Below, piece by piece: positions 38,261-46,514 of a stretch of DNA of 56,778 bases. Source of the stretch: an uncultured Candidatus Actinomarina sp. (GTDB lineage: Bacteria > Actinomycetota > Acidimicrobiia > Actinomarinales > Actinomarinaceae). The translations under genes were made by a program, and so were the position numbers. The stretch's first letter is position 1. Each line of letters opens with the position of its first letter. The notes below the pieces were generated by a model. That model was not told where the DNA came from. It searched no databases and saw nothing but the letters and a program-made list of their open reading frames with translations. Location: positions 1 through 56,778 of the forward strand of contig CACFIX010000006.1 in assembly GCA_902566515.1 (NCBI GenBank). The letters are read 5' to 3'.

Positions 38261-39100
38261 ATGAGTTGCATAACAAACGAAACAATAGACAGATTAGAAG
38301 CAAAACTTAGTGTTGTTTTTACTGGAAATCCAAAACACTTACATGAAGCAGCAGCCGGAATAGTTTATGCATGCTTGAAATACGAAATCAATATAAACAA
38401 ACTTTTAGAAGAAGTCGAAAGCGGTGCTGCGTTTAATTTAGAGGAGTTTTGGGAATCTACTGAAGGTAACCTTTTAACATATCTAAAAAATGATTATAGA
38501 TTAATAGCACAAGATATAATCAATATTACTGCTGGTGGAACTGGTGGTATGGCATCGGTTGGTAAAGGAGAATTCTTTATTTCATTTTTTAGTGACTTTA
38601 AAATAAAAATTATTACTAGTAACGGTGACGTTTCGTATAAAGGAAAGAACGAAGAGGTGAAGTATAACGGCGGCAAGATTGCTGTTAGTCATATTGATGG
38701 GAGTGAAGTTTATAGTACATTTACAGAATTGATTGAAAATTCCGAAATTCAAATTATAAAAGAAGATTTTGTTCCAACTAGAAAAGCAGATATTGATGAG
38801 TATTCTACTGAAGATTACAATAAACTGCTTGGATACTACTGGCAAGCAATTTCAGGAAGTAGTCAAAGCATTACTTCAAGGAATGAATTTTTTCTACTTT
38901 GTCTTGAAAAAGCATTGGACCATGAATTTCAAACAATTGACTCATTATTAGTAATATCAGAGAAAAACAATTTTGTAAGATTTAACAATAAAACTGAGGC
39001 ATATAACTACTACTCCGAAAAACCCAAATTACTTAGAAAGTGGGAGATAAGAACAAAGCAAAAAAACCCGGTTGCAATGTATGTAAAGTTAGAGGAATAA
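38261..39100 (+). CDS. Putative PD-(D/E)XK nuclease (restriction endonuclease-like)
   Basis: GKGEFF...GDV...EVK..GG pattern; convergent with the methyltransferase. Confidence 0.55.
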   Translation: MSCITNETIDRLEAKLSVVFTGNPKHLHEAAAGIVYACLKYEININKLLEEVESGAAFNLEEFWESTEGNLLTYLKNDYRLIAQDIINITAGGTGGMASVGKGEFFISFFSDFKIKIITSNGDVSYKGKNEEVKYNGGKIAVSHIDGSEVYSTFTELIENSEIQIIKEDFVPTRKADIDEYSTEDYNKLLGYYWQAISGSSQSITSRNEFFLLCLEKALDHEFQTIDSLLVISEKNNFVRFNNKTEAYNYYSEKPKLLRKWEIRTKQKNPVAMYVKLEE

Positions 39101-39119
39101 GGTTAAAGGATTTTTGAAA

Positions 39120-39908
39120 CTACTCAAGCTCAAGTGTCAATTGGCTTGATACTATTTCTGAAACAGTTTCTTTGATTCTCTCTTCAGCAATTTTAAAATA
39201 CTCTTTATCATTTTCCATTCCAATAAATTTACGTCCGAGTTTTACAGCGGCCATACCAGTTGAACCTGAACCCATACAATTATCTAATACTGTCTCTCCT
39301 TCATTACTGTAAGTTTTTATTAACCATTCCATGAGTGGCACGGGTTTTTGTGTCGGATGTACTTGTTGTTGCGCACTAAAGTTTCTTGAAATATTTAGGA
39401 TAGATTTAGGGTACCTTGTACCTTCATTTTTGAAAGATTTACGAGGCTTCAAGCCATAGCCGTGATCATTTTTACGACCAACATATCCTTCTGGGTTTTT
39501 ACTTTTTCTTGCATATGGTTCTCCTTTTTCCATTTGTGGATTGTAAGTACCTCCAGAATTTTTATAAAAAATAAGAATATTTTCATGAGTTTTCATGGGC
39601 ATGTATTTTGCAAGACCAGGAGAGCCACTTTTATTTTTATTCCAAACTAACTCATAACGAAACCATTTTAATTTTGAGCATATAAGTTGTGCTGAAAACG
39701 GTTGGTTACCAAACAAGCAAATAACTGCTTTTGGTTTCATAATTCTCTCATATTGTTCCCACAATTTTTCAAAATCTAAAACTTCATCCCACTTTATGTT
39801 GGTTGTTCCATATGGTGGGTCACAACAAATGAAATCAATGGAGCCATCTGGAATCTCTTGCATTAGTTCTAAACAGTCACCAAGCTGTAAATCATAATTA
39901 GACGTCAT
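39120..39908 (-). CDS. Beta-class amino (N6A/N4C) DNA methyltransferase
   Basis: DPPY near the N-terminus, HPTQKP, VLDNCMGSGST. Confidence 0.93.
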   Translation of the reverse strand: MTSNYDLQLGDCLELMQEIPDGSIDFICCDPPYGTTNIKWDEVLDFEKLWEQYERIMKPKAVICLFGNQPFSAQLICSKLKWFRYELVWNKNKSGSPGLAKYMPMKTHENILIFYKNSGGTYNPQMEKGEPYARKSKNPEGYVGRKNDHGYGLKPRKSFKNEGTRYPKSILNISRNFSAQQQVHPTQKPVPLMEWLIKTYSNEGETVLDNCMGSGSTGMAAVKLGRKFIGMENDKEYFKIAEERIKETVSEIVSSQLTLELE

Positions 39909-39948
39909 ATTATCTTCACTTTGCTTAAATTTTACTCACTAATAATTT

Positions 39949-39970
39949 ATTGTATGCAGATAGTGAGACA
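39949..39970 (-). promoter_or_regulatory. PafBC/RecA-NDp-type promoter candidate for the methyltransferase
   Basis: TGTCTC-N10-TACAAT. Confidence 0.5.
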
Positions 39971-39978
39971 AAATGTAA

Positions 39979-40584
39979 TTAGAGATCTTCATAACCATCA
40001 TGTACCTCAATCTTTTTCATGACTGATTGTTTGAAACACCCAACCAAAAATTCGTATGCCTCTTCATAGCTGCGTTCGACTATTTCAGTATTTCTTGCCC
40101 AGTTAATTTGAAATGGTAAGTTGTTACCATTTGGAGTGAGTACCTGAAGAGATTTTAAAGTTTGTAAATATACTTTACCTGTACTTTTATCTATAACAAT
40201 TATGTAATAGTCTCTATTATTTTCTGTTCCGCTGTTGTTTTTTAAAGCTGATTGCCATTTCTGCCATCCATTAATTTCAACTTCACTTTCAGGGAGATCT
40301 GTCAAAGCAAACAGCATTGCAGCCTTAGAAGAAAAATTATCAGATGCACTGTTGGTAAAGTCAGAAGATTTAATGTTTGTATGGTATCCAAATAGCTTTA
40401 AATCCCACCATGAACGTGGAGGGGGTTTTACAACATTTTCTTCTCCATATTTCTCAGTAAGTAGTTCTAATACCATGTCTTCATCATCAATGCTGTTAAT
40501 TCGTCCATCTTCATGCTTTGAACTTATGGTTACAGCACCGGATAGGTATTTAACAGACTCAAGAAGCTCTACTGGAAGGTTCAT
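39979..40584 (-). CDS. Putative type II restriction endonuclease
   Basis: DGR.NS..DE, R.WWD...NIKS, RDYY and NGNNLPFQI.W; adjacent and co-oriented with the methyltransferase. Confidence 0.65.
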   Translation of the reverse strand: MNLPVELLESVKYLSGAVTISSKHEDGRINSIDDEDMVLELLTEKYGEENVVKPPPRSWWDLKLFGYHTNIKSSDFTNSASDNFSSKAAMLFALTDLPESEVEINGWQKWQSALKNNSGTENNRDYYIIVIDKSTGKVYLQTLKSLQVLTPNGNNLPFQINWARNTEIVERSYEEAYEFLVGCFKQSVMKKIEVHDGYEDL

Positions 40585-40681
40585 GAAAATCCTTTCGTGT
40601 ATTTATGTTGTTAATAATTAAGATAATAACTGTATTTTTTATATTTTTCTAAAAACATTACGCGAATGAAAAATTCCATTC

Positions 40682-40703
40682 TGTCGTAGTAGATAATTAA
40701 AAT
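40682..40703 (+). promoter_or_regulatory. PafBC/RecA-NDp-type promoter candidate
   Basis: TGTCGT-N10-TAAAAT immediately before ORF 40713. Confidence 0.5.
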
Positions 40704-40712
40704 TAAAATGTA

Positions 40713-41276
40713 ATGATTAAGATAGCGACAAAGATTCAAATGGCAATTAAAGAGATTCTTGAAGAAGAAACTTGGAAACATTTAAAAACAAATAATAACT
40801 TCGATAAAGTTTTATCTATTGCTTCGTTGATTGAACCTTTCGATGAGGGACCAGACCCATGTAATCCATACAAAGAAACCTGTGACAGAGTTGGAATGTG
40901 TTTTGGTTGTTATGACGGGTATGTTTACTCAATTGACTGGAGAGCAAGTTATAACTTGAGGTCAAAAAAGCCTTTTAGTGAACTTACTGAGCATGAACTT
41001 CAAATATTACTTCAAGCTATTGATAATGAGGTTCATAAATGTAGTGAGTATTGTTCTGAATTTATATGTTTTAAATATGAAGGCCAAACATGTGCAATAG
41101 ATGAATGTTACAACTTATTTTTAAAAACTAGATCAAACATGAAGTACTGTTCGATTTGTAGAAATGCAGAAAATATAGTTATCCATCAACATGGTGTTAG
41201 AGATATTAAAGACTGGGATTGCTATTGTGTTAGATTTTTACCAGATTTATTTTATGGAAAATATTCTAAAATTTAG
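40713..41276 (+). CDS. Cys-rich hypothetical protein
   Basis: Multiple Cys pairs, including CAIDEC.N.F...KYCS.C (CGNR/zinc-finger-like). Confidence 0.6.
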   Translation: MIKIATKIQMAIKEILEEETWKHLKTNNNFDKVLSIASLIEPFDEGPDPCNPYKETCDRVGMCFGCYDGYVYSIDWRASYNLRSKKPFSELTEHELQILLQAIDNEVHKCSEYCSEFICFKYEGQTCAIDECYNLFLKTRSNMKYCSICRNAENIVIHQHGVRDIKDWDCYCVRFLPDLFYGKYSKI

Positions 41277-41434
41277 AAAATTATTAACTCCTTTTGTTTC
41301 TTTAAACCGAGTTCAATGATTCATGCAAAGTATTTTCAAATTACGATGATGAGATAAAAAAAACAGAACTATCTTATTTGGATATATTATTTAAATTACA
41401 AAATAACCCAACGATTGGCAGGTTTTTTTGTAAT

Positions 41435-42703
41435 TTAAAGGTCGTTTATATACGTATCTTGAAAGCTTTGCCTATTAACTAGCTCGACCACACCACTACT
41501 AGTAACTGCAACAACTCCTGATTTAGGTACTCGGTTATAGTTACTTGCCATAGCAAAAGTATAAGCTCCAGTAGATGTAGACATTAAAATATCTCCGGAG
41601 ACAGTATCACTTGGCAACATCGCATCTTTTACTAATAAATCCCCACTTTCACAGTGCCTACCTGAGACTGCGTGCACGACATTTTCTCCAGCTTTTCCAC
41701 CAGAGATATTAAAAAGCTTATGTTCACTTCCATAAAGAGCGGGCCTTGGATTATCAGACATGCCACCATCAACCAAGATATACGACTTCTCACCTCGATC
41801 ATCTTTAATAGCACCAGCAGTATATAAAATAACTCCAGGATTATTCACCAATGCTCTTCCTGGCTCAATCATTACTTTATAGGAACCACTCCAGTGTTCT
41901 TTAATCCCTTCATGAATTGCATCTGAATAGACTTTTAATTCATGGTCAACTTCATCGCCAGCATAAGGTGAAAAGAATCCTCCACCAGCATCGAAGACTA
42001 TCTCTCTCTCCACACTTGCTGGATGAGCATTAAGAAAATCTGCACACTCGCTCATTGCTTTTTTATAGCGATCTGGGTCTTTAATTTGGCTTCCAATATG
42101 TACATGGACTCCAGAAAATAGTAAATAATTAGAGTTATAGATTTGTTGTAATGCCTCTTCAGCAAAACCAATAGAGATACCAAACTGTTGGTCATATCCA
42201 GAAGTCAACACCATTGGATGGGTCTCTGCTCCAACATCTAAATTTATACGCATAATCACTGGTTGTTTTCTGTTTAATTTTCCTGCAACCTCTTCTAGCA
42301 TTGGAATCTCAAAACGGTTATCGACAGAGATATGGCCACCATTATGTTGCATAAAGAACTCAATCTCATCTTTATGTTTAAAAGTTCCATTAAACAATGA
42401 GTTTTCTAATGTCCCGGTAACAGCTTGAACAGTTGCCATCTCTCCACCTGAGACAACATCTGTTCCCCAGCCTTTCTCATCAAGTTCTTTGACTAAGGCT
42501 TTACAGATAAAAGCTTTTGCTGCATATCTAAAATAGGTCTCTTCTCCAAAAGCATTTGTAAAATAATCTATATTATCTCGTAGGTGTTCCCAGTCATAGA
42601 CGTAGAGAGGAGTGCCGTACTCTTTGACAACATCAAGCAGTGAAGTCTCTCCGATAAAAGCGACTCCGTCTTTGAATTCAAGGTTGGATGGTAAATAGTT
42701 CAT
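41435..42703 (-). CDS. lysA: Diaminopimelate decarboxylase
   Basis: YGTPLYVYD, YAAKAF, HVHIGSQI, EPGR, HCESGD, GAY..MASNYN. Confidence 0.95.
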   Translation of the reverse strand: MNYLPSNLEFKDGVAFIGETSLLDVVKEYGTPLYVYDWEHLRDNIDYFTNAFGEETYFRYAAKAFICKALVKELDEKGWGTDVVSGGEMATVQAVTGTLENSLFNGTFKHKDEIEFFMQHNGGHISVDNRFEIPMLEEVAGKLNRKQPVIMRINLDVGAETHPMVLTSGYDQQFGISIGFAEEALQQIYNSNYLLFSGVHVHIGSQIKDPDRYKKAMSECADFLNAHPASVEREIVFDAGGGFFSPYAGDEVDHELKVYSDAIHEGIKEHWSGSYKVMIEPGRALVNNPGVILYTAGAIKDDRGEKSYILVDGGMSDNPRPALYGSEHKLFNISGGKAGENVVHAVSGRHCESGDLLVKDAMLPSDTVSGDILMSTSTGAYTFAMASNYNRVPKSGVVAVTSSGVVELVNRQSFQDTYINDL

Positions 42704-43467
42704 TTCTTTAAGCGACGTTTAATCCACGCAATGTCTTTCTTTTGCGCTTCAAGTCCTCCGGGAGTTTCTACAACAATATCTGTTTTGCAGTTTTTAATGA
42801 CATATTCAAGTTCAGCTTTTGGAATCTGTCCTTTGCCTAAGTTTTCGTGACGATCCCTTGAGCTTTCAAAACCATCTTTTGAGTCATTGAAATGAATAAG
42901 GTCTATCTTTTTTACAAGTTTTTTAAATCCCTTTACTGCTTTTTCTGTAGGAATTCCCCCAGCCCATGTATGGCATGTATCGAGACAGAGTCCAACGTTT
43001 AAGTGGCCAATGACTTCCCAGAGTCTCTCAATGGAGTCCATGTATCTCGCAACGGAGTTTTTTCCACCAGCTGTGTTTTCTACTAGTACTCGCATTCCAG
43101 TATCTTCAACATGTTCTATAGCTTTTCTCCAGTTGTCATAACCAACACCAATGTCTCCACCTTCTCCAACAGACCCTCCATGAACTATGACTCCTTTGGC
43201 GCCAAAACTTGCGGCGACTTTACATGTGTCTTTTAATAATTTTCTGCTGGGATGACGTACTTTATTGTTTGGAGTAGCAACATTGATTAAATATGGTGCA
43301 TGGACATATATTGGTCCGTCATAATCTTGTAAAATATCGACATCTTCTCGAGGTTTTGGGCTTTTCCACATCTGTGGACTGGATATAAATATCTGAAAAG
43401 TATCACCTTTTCGGAGTTTTATTTCTTCAATTGCATTTTTTGAGGGTATATGAGCACCGATATTCAT
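42700..43467 (-). CDS. nfo: Endonuclease IV (AP endonuclease)
   Basis: IGAH, HAPYLIN, ENTAG, DTCH, HFNDSK, DRHENLG.G, ETP. Confidence 0.93.
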   Translation of the reverse strand: MNIGAHIPSKNAIEEIKLRKGDTFQIFISSPQMWKSPKPREDVDILQDYDGPIYVHAPYLINVATPNNKVRHPSRKLLKDTCKVAASFGAKGVIVHGGSVGEGGDIGVGYDNWRKAIEHVEDTGMRVLVENTAGGKNSVARYMDSIERLWEVIGHLNVGLCLDTCHTWAGGIPTEKAVKGFKKLVKKIDLIHFNDSKDGFESSRDRHENLGKGQIPKAELEYVIKNCKTDIVVETPGGLEAQKKDIAWIKRRLKK

Positions 43468-43539
43468 GAATTTAAGTATAAATCATCCTAATTTTTGCCC
43501 AAATGATAAAAATAAACGATAAAACACTAAAATAAGAGT

Positions 43540-43625
43540 AAGACTTCCTTTCGTGCTTTGAGCCACTTCAAAAGGACGATAAAACAAAAAATTACAGCCA
43601 CAGGGAGTCTTTTTGCGTTTTTTTT
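43540..43625 (+). ncRNA. Possible structured RNA
   Basis: AAGACUUCCU/AGGGAGUCUU closing stem (G-U on the + strand), inner UCGU/ACGA and UUUGAG/UUCAAA hairpin, U-rich tail. Confidence 0.35.
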
Positions 43626-43644
43626 GAGAAAAAGGTCATATAAA

Positions 43645-43728
43645 GTGAAAATCCCGATTGATCTTGCGACCCTTCGGGATTTTCGAACTATCTTTTATTA
43701 GGTCTTGCGACTTCATTTCTGATAGTTA
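43645..43728 (-). ncRNA. Candidate small RNA, copy 1 of tandem pair
   Basis: CUAUC-9 nt-GUC(GCAA)GAC-9 nt-GAUAG, then hairpin GAAAAUCCCGA-AG-GGUC(GCAA)GAUC-AA-UCGGGAUUUUC; promoter TTGCCA-17-TATTTT at 43761-43733. Confidence 0.65.
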
Positions 43729-43867
43729 TATAAAAATAGTGTATATTTGCTATTTTGGCAAGAAATTTGGGTTTGTTTTTTTCGCGAACTTTTATACATA
43801 AATTTTATAAAAATTTCACTGTGGAAAGCAAAAATCCCGATTGATCTTGCGACCCTTCGGGATTTTC
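43648..43867. repeat. Two identical 37-bp palindromic direct repeats (43648-43684 and 43831-43867)
   Basis: AAAATCCCGATTGATCTTGCGACCCTTCGGGATTTTC twice, offset 183 bp. Confidence 0.95.
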
Positions 43868-43913
43868 TGTTCTATCTTCTTTTCTATCTTTCGATTTCTT
43901 TTCCGATAGTGTT
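43826..43913 (-). ncRNA. Candidate small RNA, copy 2 of tandem pair
   Basis: CUAUC-9 nt-AUC(GAAA)GAU-9 nt-GAUAG, then the same 37-nt hairpin; promoter TTGCAT-17-TATATT at 43947-43919. Confidence 0.65.
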
Positions 43914-43976
43914 CTATAAATATACGTTAGTTTTTATTCTTATGCAAGATATTTACTAATGTATTTTTCGCGAGGT

Positions 43977-44204
43977 TTATTCCTCTTCTAAAGTGTTATC
44001 AGGCCTAAAGACTTCTTTAATTGAAACGATAATTTGAAAAAGTCCAAGAAAAAGAAGTAGATAATACAAATACTCTTCTCTAGTGTTTGTACCAAACTCT
44101 TTTAGGTCGAAGTAAGTTTTGAGAAATTCTCTGAACGGTCCATCAAGAATATTATCTAAGGCTAGATAGGTTAATGTCACTCCAAAAAGAAAAGGTCTTA
44201 TCAA
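43977..44204 (-). CDS. Small hypothetical 2-TM protein
   Basis: 75-aa ORF with TTG start and a purine-rich upstream stretch. Confidence 0.5.
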   Translation of the reverse strand: MIRPFLFGVTLTYLALDNILDGPFREFLKTYFDLKEFGTNTREEYLYYLLLFLGLFQIIVSIKEVFRPDNTLEEE

Positions 44205-44270
44205 TTTTTTCTCTCTTTATATTTTTTATCTTTAGGTATCAGAATAACCTAATTTAGCTATTGTTTTGGT

Positions 44271-44966
44271 ATGGAAATTGTACTTATACGTCATGGACAG
44301 CCTGCATGGATGCTAAACAATGAATATACAAGAAACCCTGGCCTCACTGAACTTGGAGTTATTCAGGCTAAAAAATCTGCTGAGCAGTTTCCAAAAGGTA
44401 GTATTGATCAGCTCTGGGTTTCTCCTTTAAATAGAACTACGCAGACACTTATACCCTTTGAAGAAAATAAAGTTGCAAAAGAGATAAAGACTTTCGAGTG
44501 GCTGAAAGAAATGGAAGATAAAGACGAGGTTGCATTGTATGGAAAAAGCACCGATGAGATAATGAGTTTTTTTGAAAAAAGGAATAGTCAAACGTTTGAA
44601 GAGTGGTCTGCTAGTAACCATGGAGTATATATGCAGGATTTTGCTAAGAACATAATCACCAATCTTGAAAAGGAATTAAAAAGCCTAGGGATTGTATGCA
44701 CAGATGATACCTTTGATAAGAAATTTGAAATAAAAAATGATTCTATAAAAAATTTAATGATAATTTCGCATGCAGGAACAATGTCTGTTTTGCTTTCATA
44801 TTTTTTAAATATGCCACTTTATGCATGGACATGGAAAAAATTCCTACCAAGACACACCGGTCATACAAGGTTGAAATCTACCGCAATATCAGACGGTCAC
44901 TTTTTTAGGCTTAAAGAGTTTAATAATGTGTCTTTTATAGAAAATCCAGAGGAGCAAACCTACTAA
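44271..44966 (+). CDS. Histidine phosphatase superfamily protein
   Basis: LIRHG, SPL.R..QT, L.E, SHAG. Confidence 0.88.
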   Translation: MEIVLIRHGQPAWMLNNEYTRNPGLTELGVIQAKKSAEQFPKGSIDQLWVSPLNRTTQTLIPFEENKVAKEIKTFEWLKEMEDKDEVALYGKSTDEIMSFFEKRNSQTFEEWSASNHGVYMQDFAKNIITNLEKELKSLGIVCTDDTFDKKFEIKNDSIKNLMIISHAGTMSVLLSYFLNMPLYAWTWKKFLPRHTGHTRLKSTAISDGHFFRLKEFNNVSFIENPEEQTY

Positions 44967-44985
44967 AATATTAACTTAGAGGAAA

Positions 44986-45654
44986 ATGACATATACTAAA
45001 ATTCTTCCAGATATAACTGTTAGCTCTCTTACCCCTCGAAAAAAAAGATTTTTCTTGAAATATCTTGCTAGATTTCTCCTACTCTTTGAAAATATACGAC
45101 CTGTTGGTAGTTTTTTAGACAATAAAAGAGTTGTTCTTGTCGCAGCACCCCATCAATCAGGTAAAGATGAGTACTTAATGATTTTAATAATTCTCGCCTT
45201 AGATGTTGATGTTTGTTATCTGTCTGCCAAATGGACTATGAGAAGAATACCTAATCCATTTGAGAAATCGAAAGATATTGATAATCAAGGGATTAGATGG
45301 CCACTTGGATGGCTACAGGAAATAATCTTTAGAAAGTTTGGAGCAATTCCAGTTGATAGAAAAGGAAATAGTGGACAGTACAATTCTGTAATTGAGGAAT
45401 TGAAAAAGAGAGATTCTTTTTTACTAATCGTTACACCAGAAGGAAGATTTGACGCGACAAGATTTAGAACAAGTTTTTTATTTATCGCAAAACAACTCAA
45501 TGCAGAAGTAATGCCAGTCCAGATAGATTATGAGAATGAAATATTTAATATCTTAGAATCTTTCAATATTGAAGGAGATACAGAAAGTGTTGTTAAAAAT
45601 CTAAGACTTAAATTTGATGGAGTTAAAGGAAAGAAAAGTAGATTTAAAGCGTAA
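44986..45654 (+). CDS. PlsC-like acyltransferase, paralog of 21977..22642
   Basis: APHQSGKD, GAIPVDR, TPEG, IDYEN. Confidence 0.8.
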   Translation: MTYTKILPDITVSSLTPRKKRFFLKYLARFLLLFENIRPVGSFLDNKRVVLVAAPHQSGKDEYLMILIILALDVDVCYLSAKWTMRRIPNPFEKSKDIDNQGIRWPLGWLQEIIFRKFGAIPVDRKGNSGQYNSVIEELKKRDSFLLIVTPEGRFDATRFRTSFLFIAKQLNAEVMPVQIDYENEIFNILESFNIEGDTESVVKNLRLKFDGVKGKKSRFKA

Positions 45655-46514
45655 TGGAAGAAAAGATTAATCTTCTTATTAAAGAGCGAGCTCCATGGTT
45701 GGCTAAGAAAAATTTTATATCTTTATTGATTCTTAACTTCCTAAAAAAAATTTTGAGGTTTGATGAAACAATTTACGCAGGAGATTACATACAAGACTTA
45801 TCTGGTGCTGAAGCATTTAATTGGTTAGGGGATCAATACACTAATAACTGCTCTGTTGAGGGTTTGGAAAATATACCTAGTGATGGAAGTTGTCTTCTGG
45901 TGGCTAACCATCCTATGGGTGCGGCAGACGCAATAGCTTTATATAGGCAGCTATATAAAGTGAGGAAAGATGCCTTTTTCTTTGCAAATGAACTCTTTGT
46001 TTACTTGCTTGGTTCATTCCATAACGTAATGGCACCAGTTGTGTGGAATAAAGAAAAAGAGACACACTCTGCAACCAAGGTTACTCTCGAAAGACTTCAT
46101 ACTTTTTTTAATGATAAGAGACCTGGAATAATTTTCCCTTCTGGAAGACTCTCTAAACTTACATTATTTGGATTATGGGATAGAGAATGGGAGAAAACTC
46201 CAATACTACTTGCTAAAAAGAATAATTTTCCACTAATTCCTGTACATGTAGAAGGTAAAAATTCCTGGTTCTTTTATTTTGCTTCTTATACAAACAAACA
46301 ATTAAGAGATGTTTCACAACTCAATGAATTATTTAATAAGAGAGACAAACACATCTCAATCAAAATAGGAAAGCCAGTAAAAGTTTCTGAGCTTAGTAGT
46401 AATAATGATATTGCTATTCAACAGTTGAGATATAAGGTTGAGAGCTTAGGAAAAAAAGGCTTGTTTAAAATAAATAGGTTTATTCATTTAAGAAAGTTTA
46501 AAAAAATTACCTAA
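45654..46514 (+). CDS. Lysophospholipid/lyso-aminolipid acyltransferase family protein
   Basis: GLENIP, ANHPMGAAD, IFPSG, G.NS.FFY, EL.NK. Confidence 0.82.
   Translation: MEEKINLLIKERAPWLAKKNFISLLILNFLKKILRFDETIYAGDYIQDLSGAEAFNWLGDQYTNNCSVEGLENIPSDGSCLLVANHPMGAADAIALYRQLYKVRKDAFFFANELFVYLLGSFHNVMAPVVWNKEKETHSATKVTLERLHTFFNDKRPGIIFPSGRLSKLTLFGLWDREWEKTPILLAKKNNFPLIPVHVEGKNSWFFYFASYTNKQLRDVSQLNELFNKRDKHISIKIGKPVKVSELSSNNDIAIQQLRYKVESLGKKGLFKINRFIHLRKFKKIT

Noticed and set aside
40235-40621. 128-aa plus-strand ORF
   Set aside because: Antisense shadow of the endonuclease-like gene, with Ser-rich composition typical of reverse frames.
30397-41276. Prophage or integrative element
   Set aside because: No integrase, structural genes, att-like direct repeats or tRNA were found.
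41404-41430. Terminator between ORF 40713 and lysA
   Set aside because: Only a short interrupted stem (CCAA/TTGG); too weak to call.
43648-43867. 37-bp palindromic repeats as a mini CRISPR array
   Set aside because: Only two copies separated by 146 bp, and the separating DNA itself repeats promoter and stem elements; no cas genes.
43747-43959. 70-aa plus-strand ORF
   Set aside because: No RBS, low-complexity composition, and it lies antisense to the candidate RNA units.
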